A DNA stretch of 64,000 bases from Octopus bimaculoides (lineage: Eukaryota). The notes under the pieces were generated by a model, which ran no database searches, was not told where the DNA came from, and worked only from the letters and a program-made list of their open reading frames with translations. The translations under genes were made by a program, and so were the position numbers. Location: the NCBI RefSeq assembly GCF_001194135.2, contig NC_069002.1, forward strand, positions 27,330,797 through 27,394,796. Direction: 5' to 3'. Of the stretch, positions 63,754 to 64,000 are shown one piece after another (the stretch's first letter is position 1; the number at the start of each line of letters is the position of its first letter).

Positions 63754-64000
63754 CTGTATATATATACATACATGGAAATTGTATGGAAGCCCATCATATA
63801 TATTTATATACATATATATATATCATCATCAAGGCAGATGTTAAACAATGATGATGATGACATATATATATATATATATATATATACGATGGTCTTCCAT
63901 ACAGTTTCCATCTATCAAATTCATTCACAAGGCATTAGTTGGTCCAGGGCTAGATTAGAAGGTACTTGACCTTTGTATTAATAGAATGGGACTGGCCCCA

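Overview
AT-rich, microsatellite-dense eukaryotic draft-assembly window with many N gaps. The repeat families look like those of an octopod cephalopod; this is recalled, not provable here. One protein-coding gene is well supported: an MFSD10-type major facilitator transporter on the minus strand. Four phase-consistent GT-AG coding exons (28164-27937, 24249-24153, 16724-16621, 10972-10814) give 196 N-terminal codons. The downstream exons were not found (in a gap or left of the window), and an upstream 5' exon is implied by an acceptor 7 nt before the ATG. The rest is mostly mobile DNA: several tRNA-derived SINE families, TTAA-flanked MITEs, foldback elements, minisatellites, and decayed IS630-Tc1-mariner elements of three clades (Tc1-type, DD37D, DD41D). 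The most notable observations are: (i) a repeated unit carrying a minimal type I hammerhead ribozyme, once fused behind a tRNA-like Pol III head and in an inverted pair (18.8 kb, 45.3-45.75 kb), plus other hammerhead-like repeat families; (ii) a minisatellite made of four tandem copies of the MFSD10 exon-2 3' splice site, each upstream copy followed by an in-frame stop; (iii) a 47-bp satellite born from a SINE B-box region; (iv) a sharply bounded CpG-retaining domain at about 50.1-57.6 kb that looks like an unmethylated promoter region. Almost all long ORFs in the supplied track are microsatellite or N-gap artefacts.
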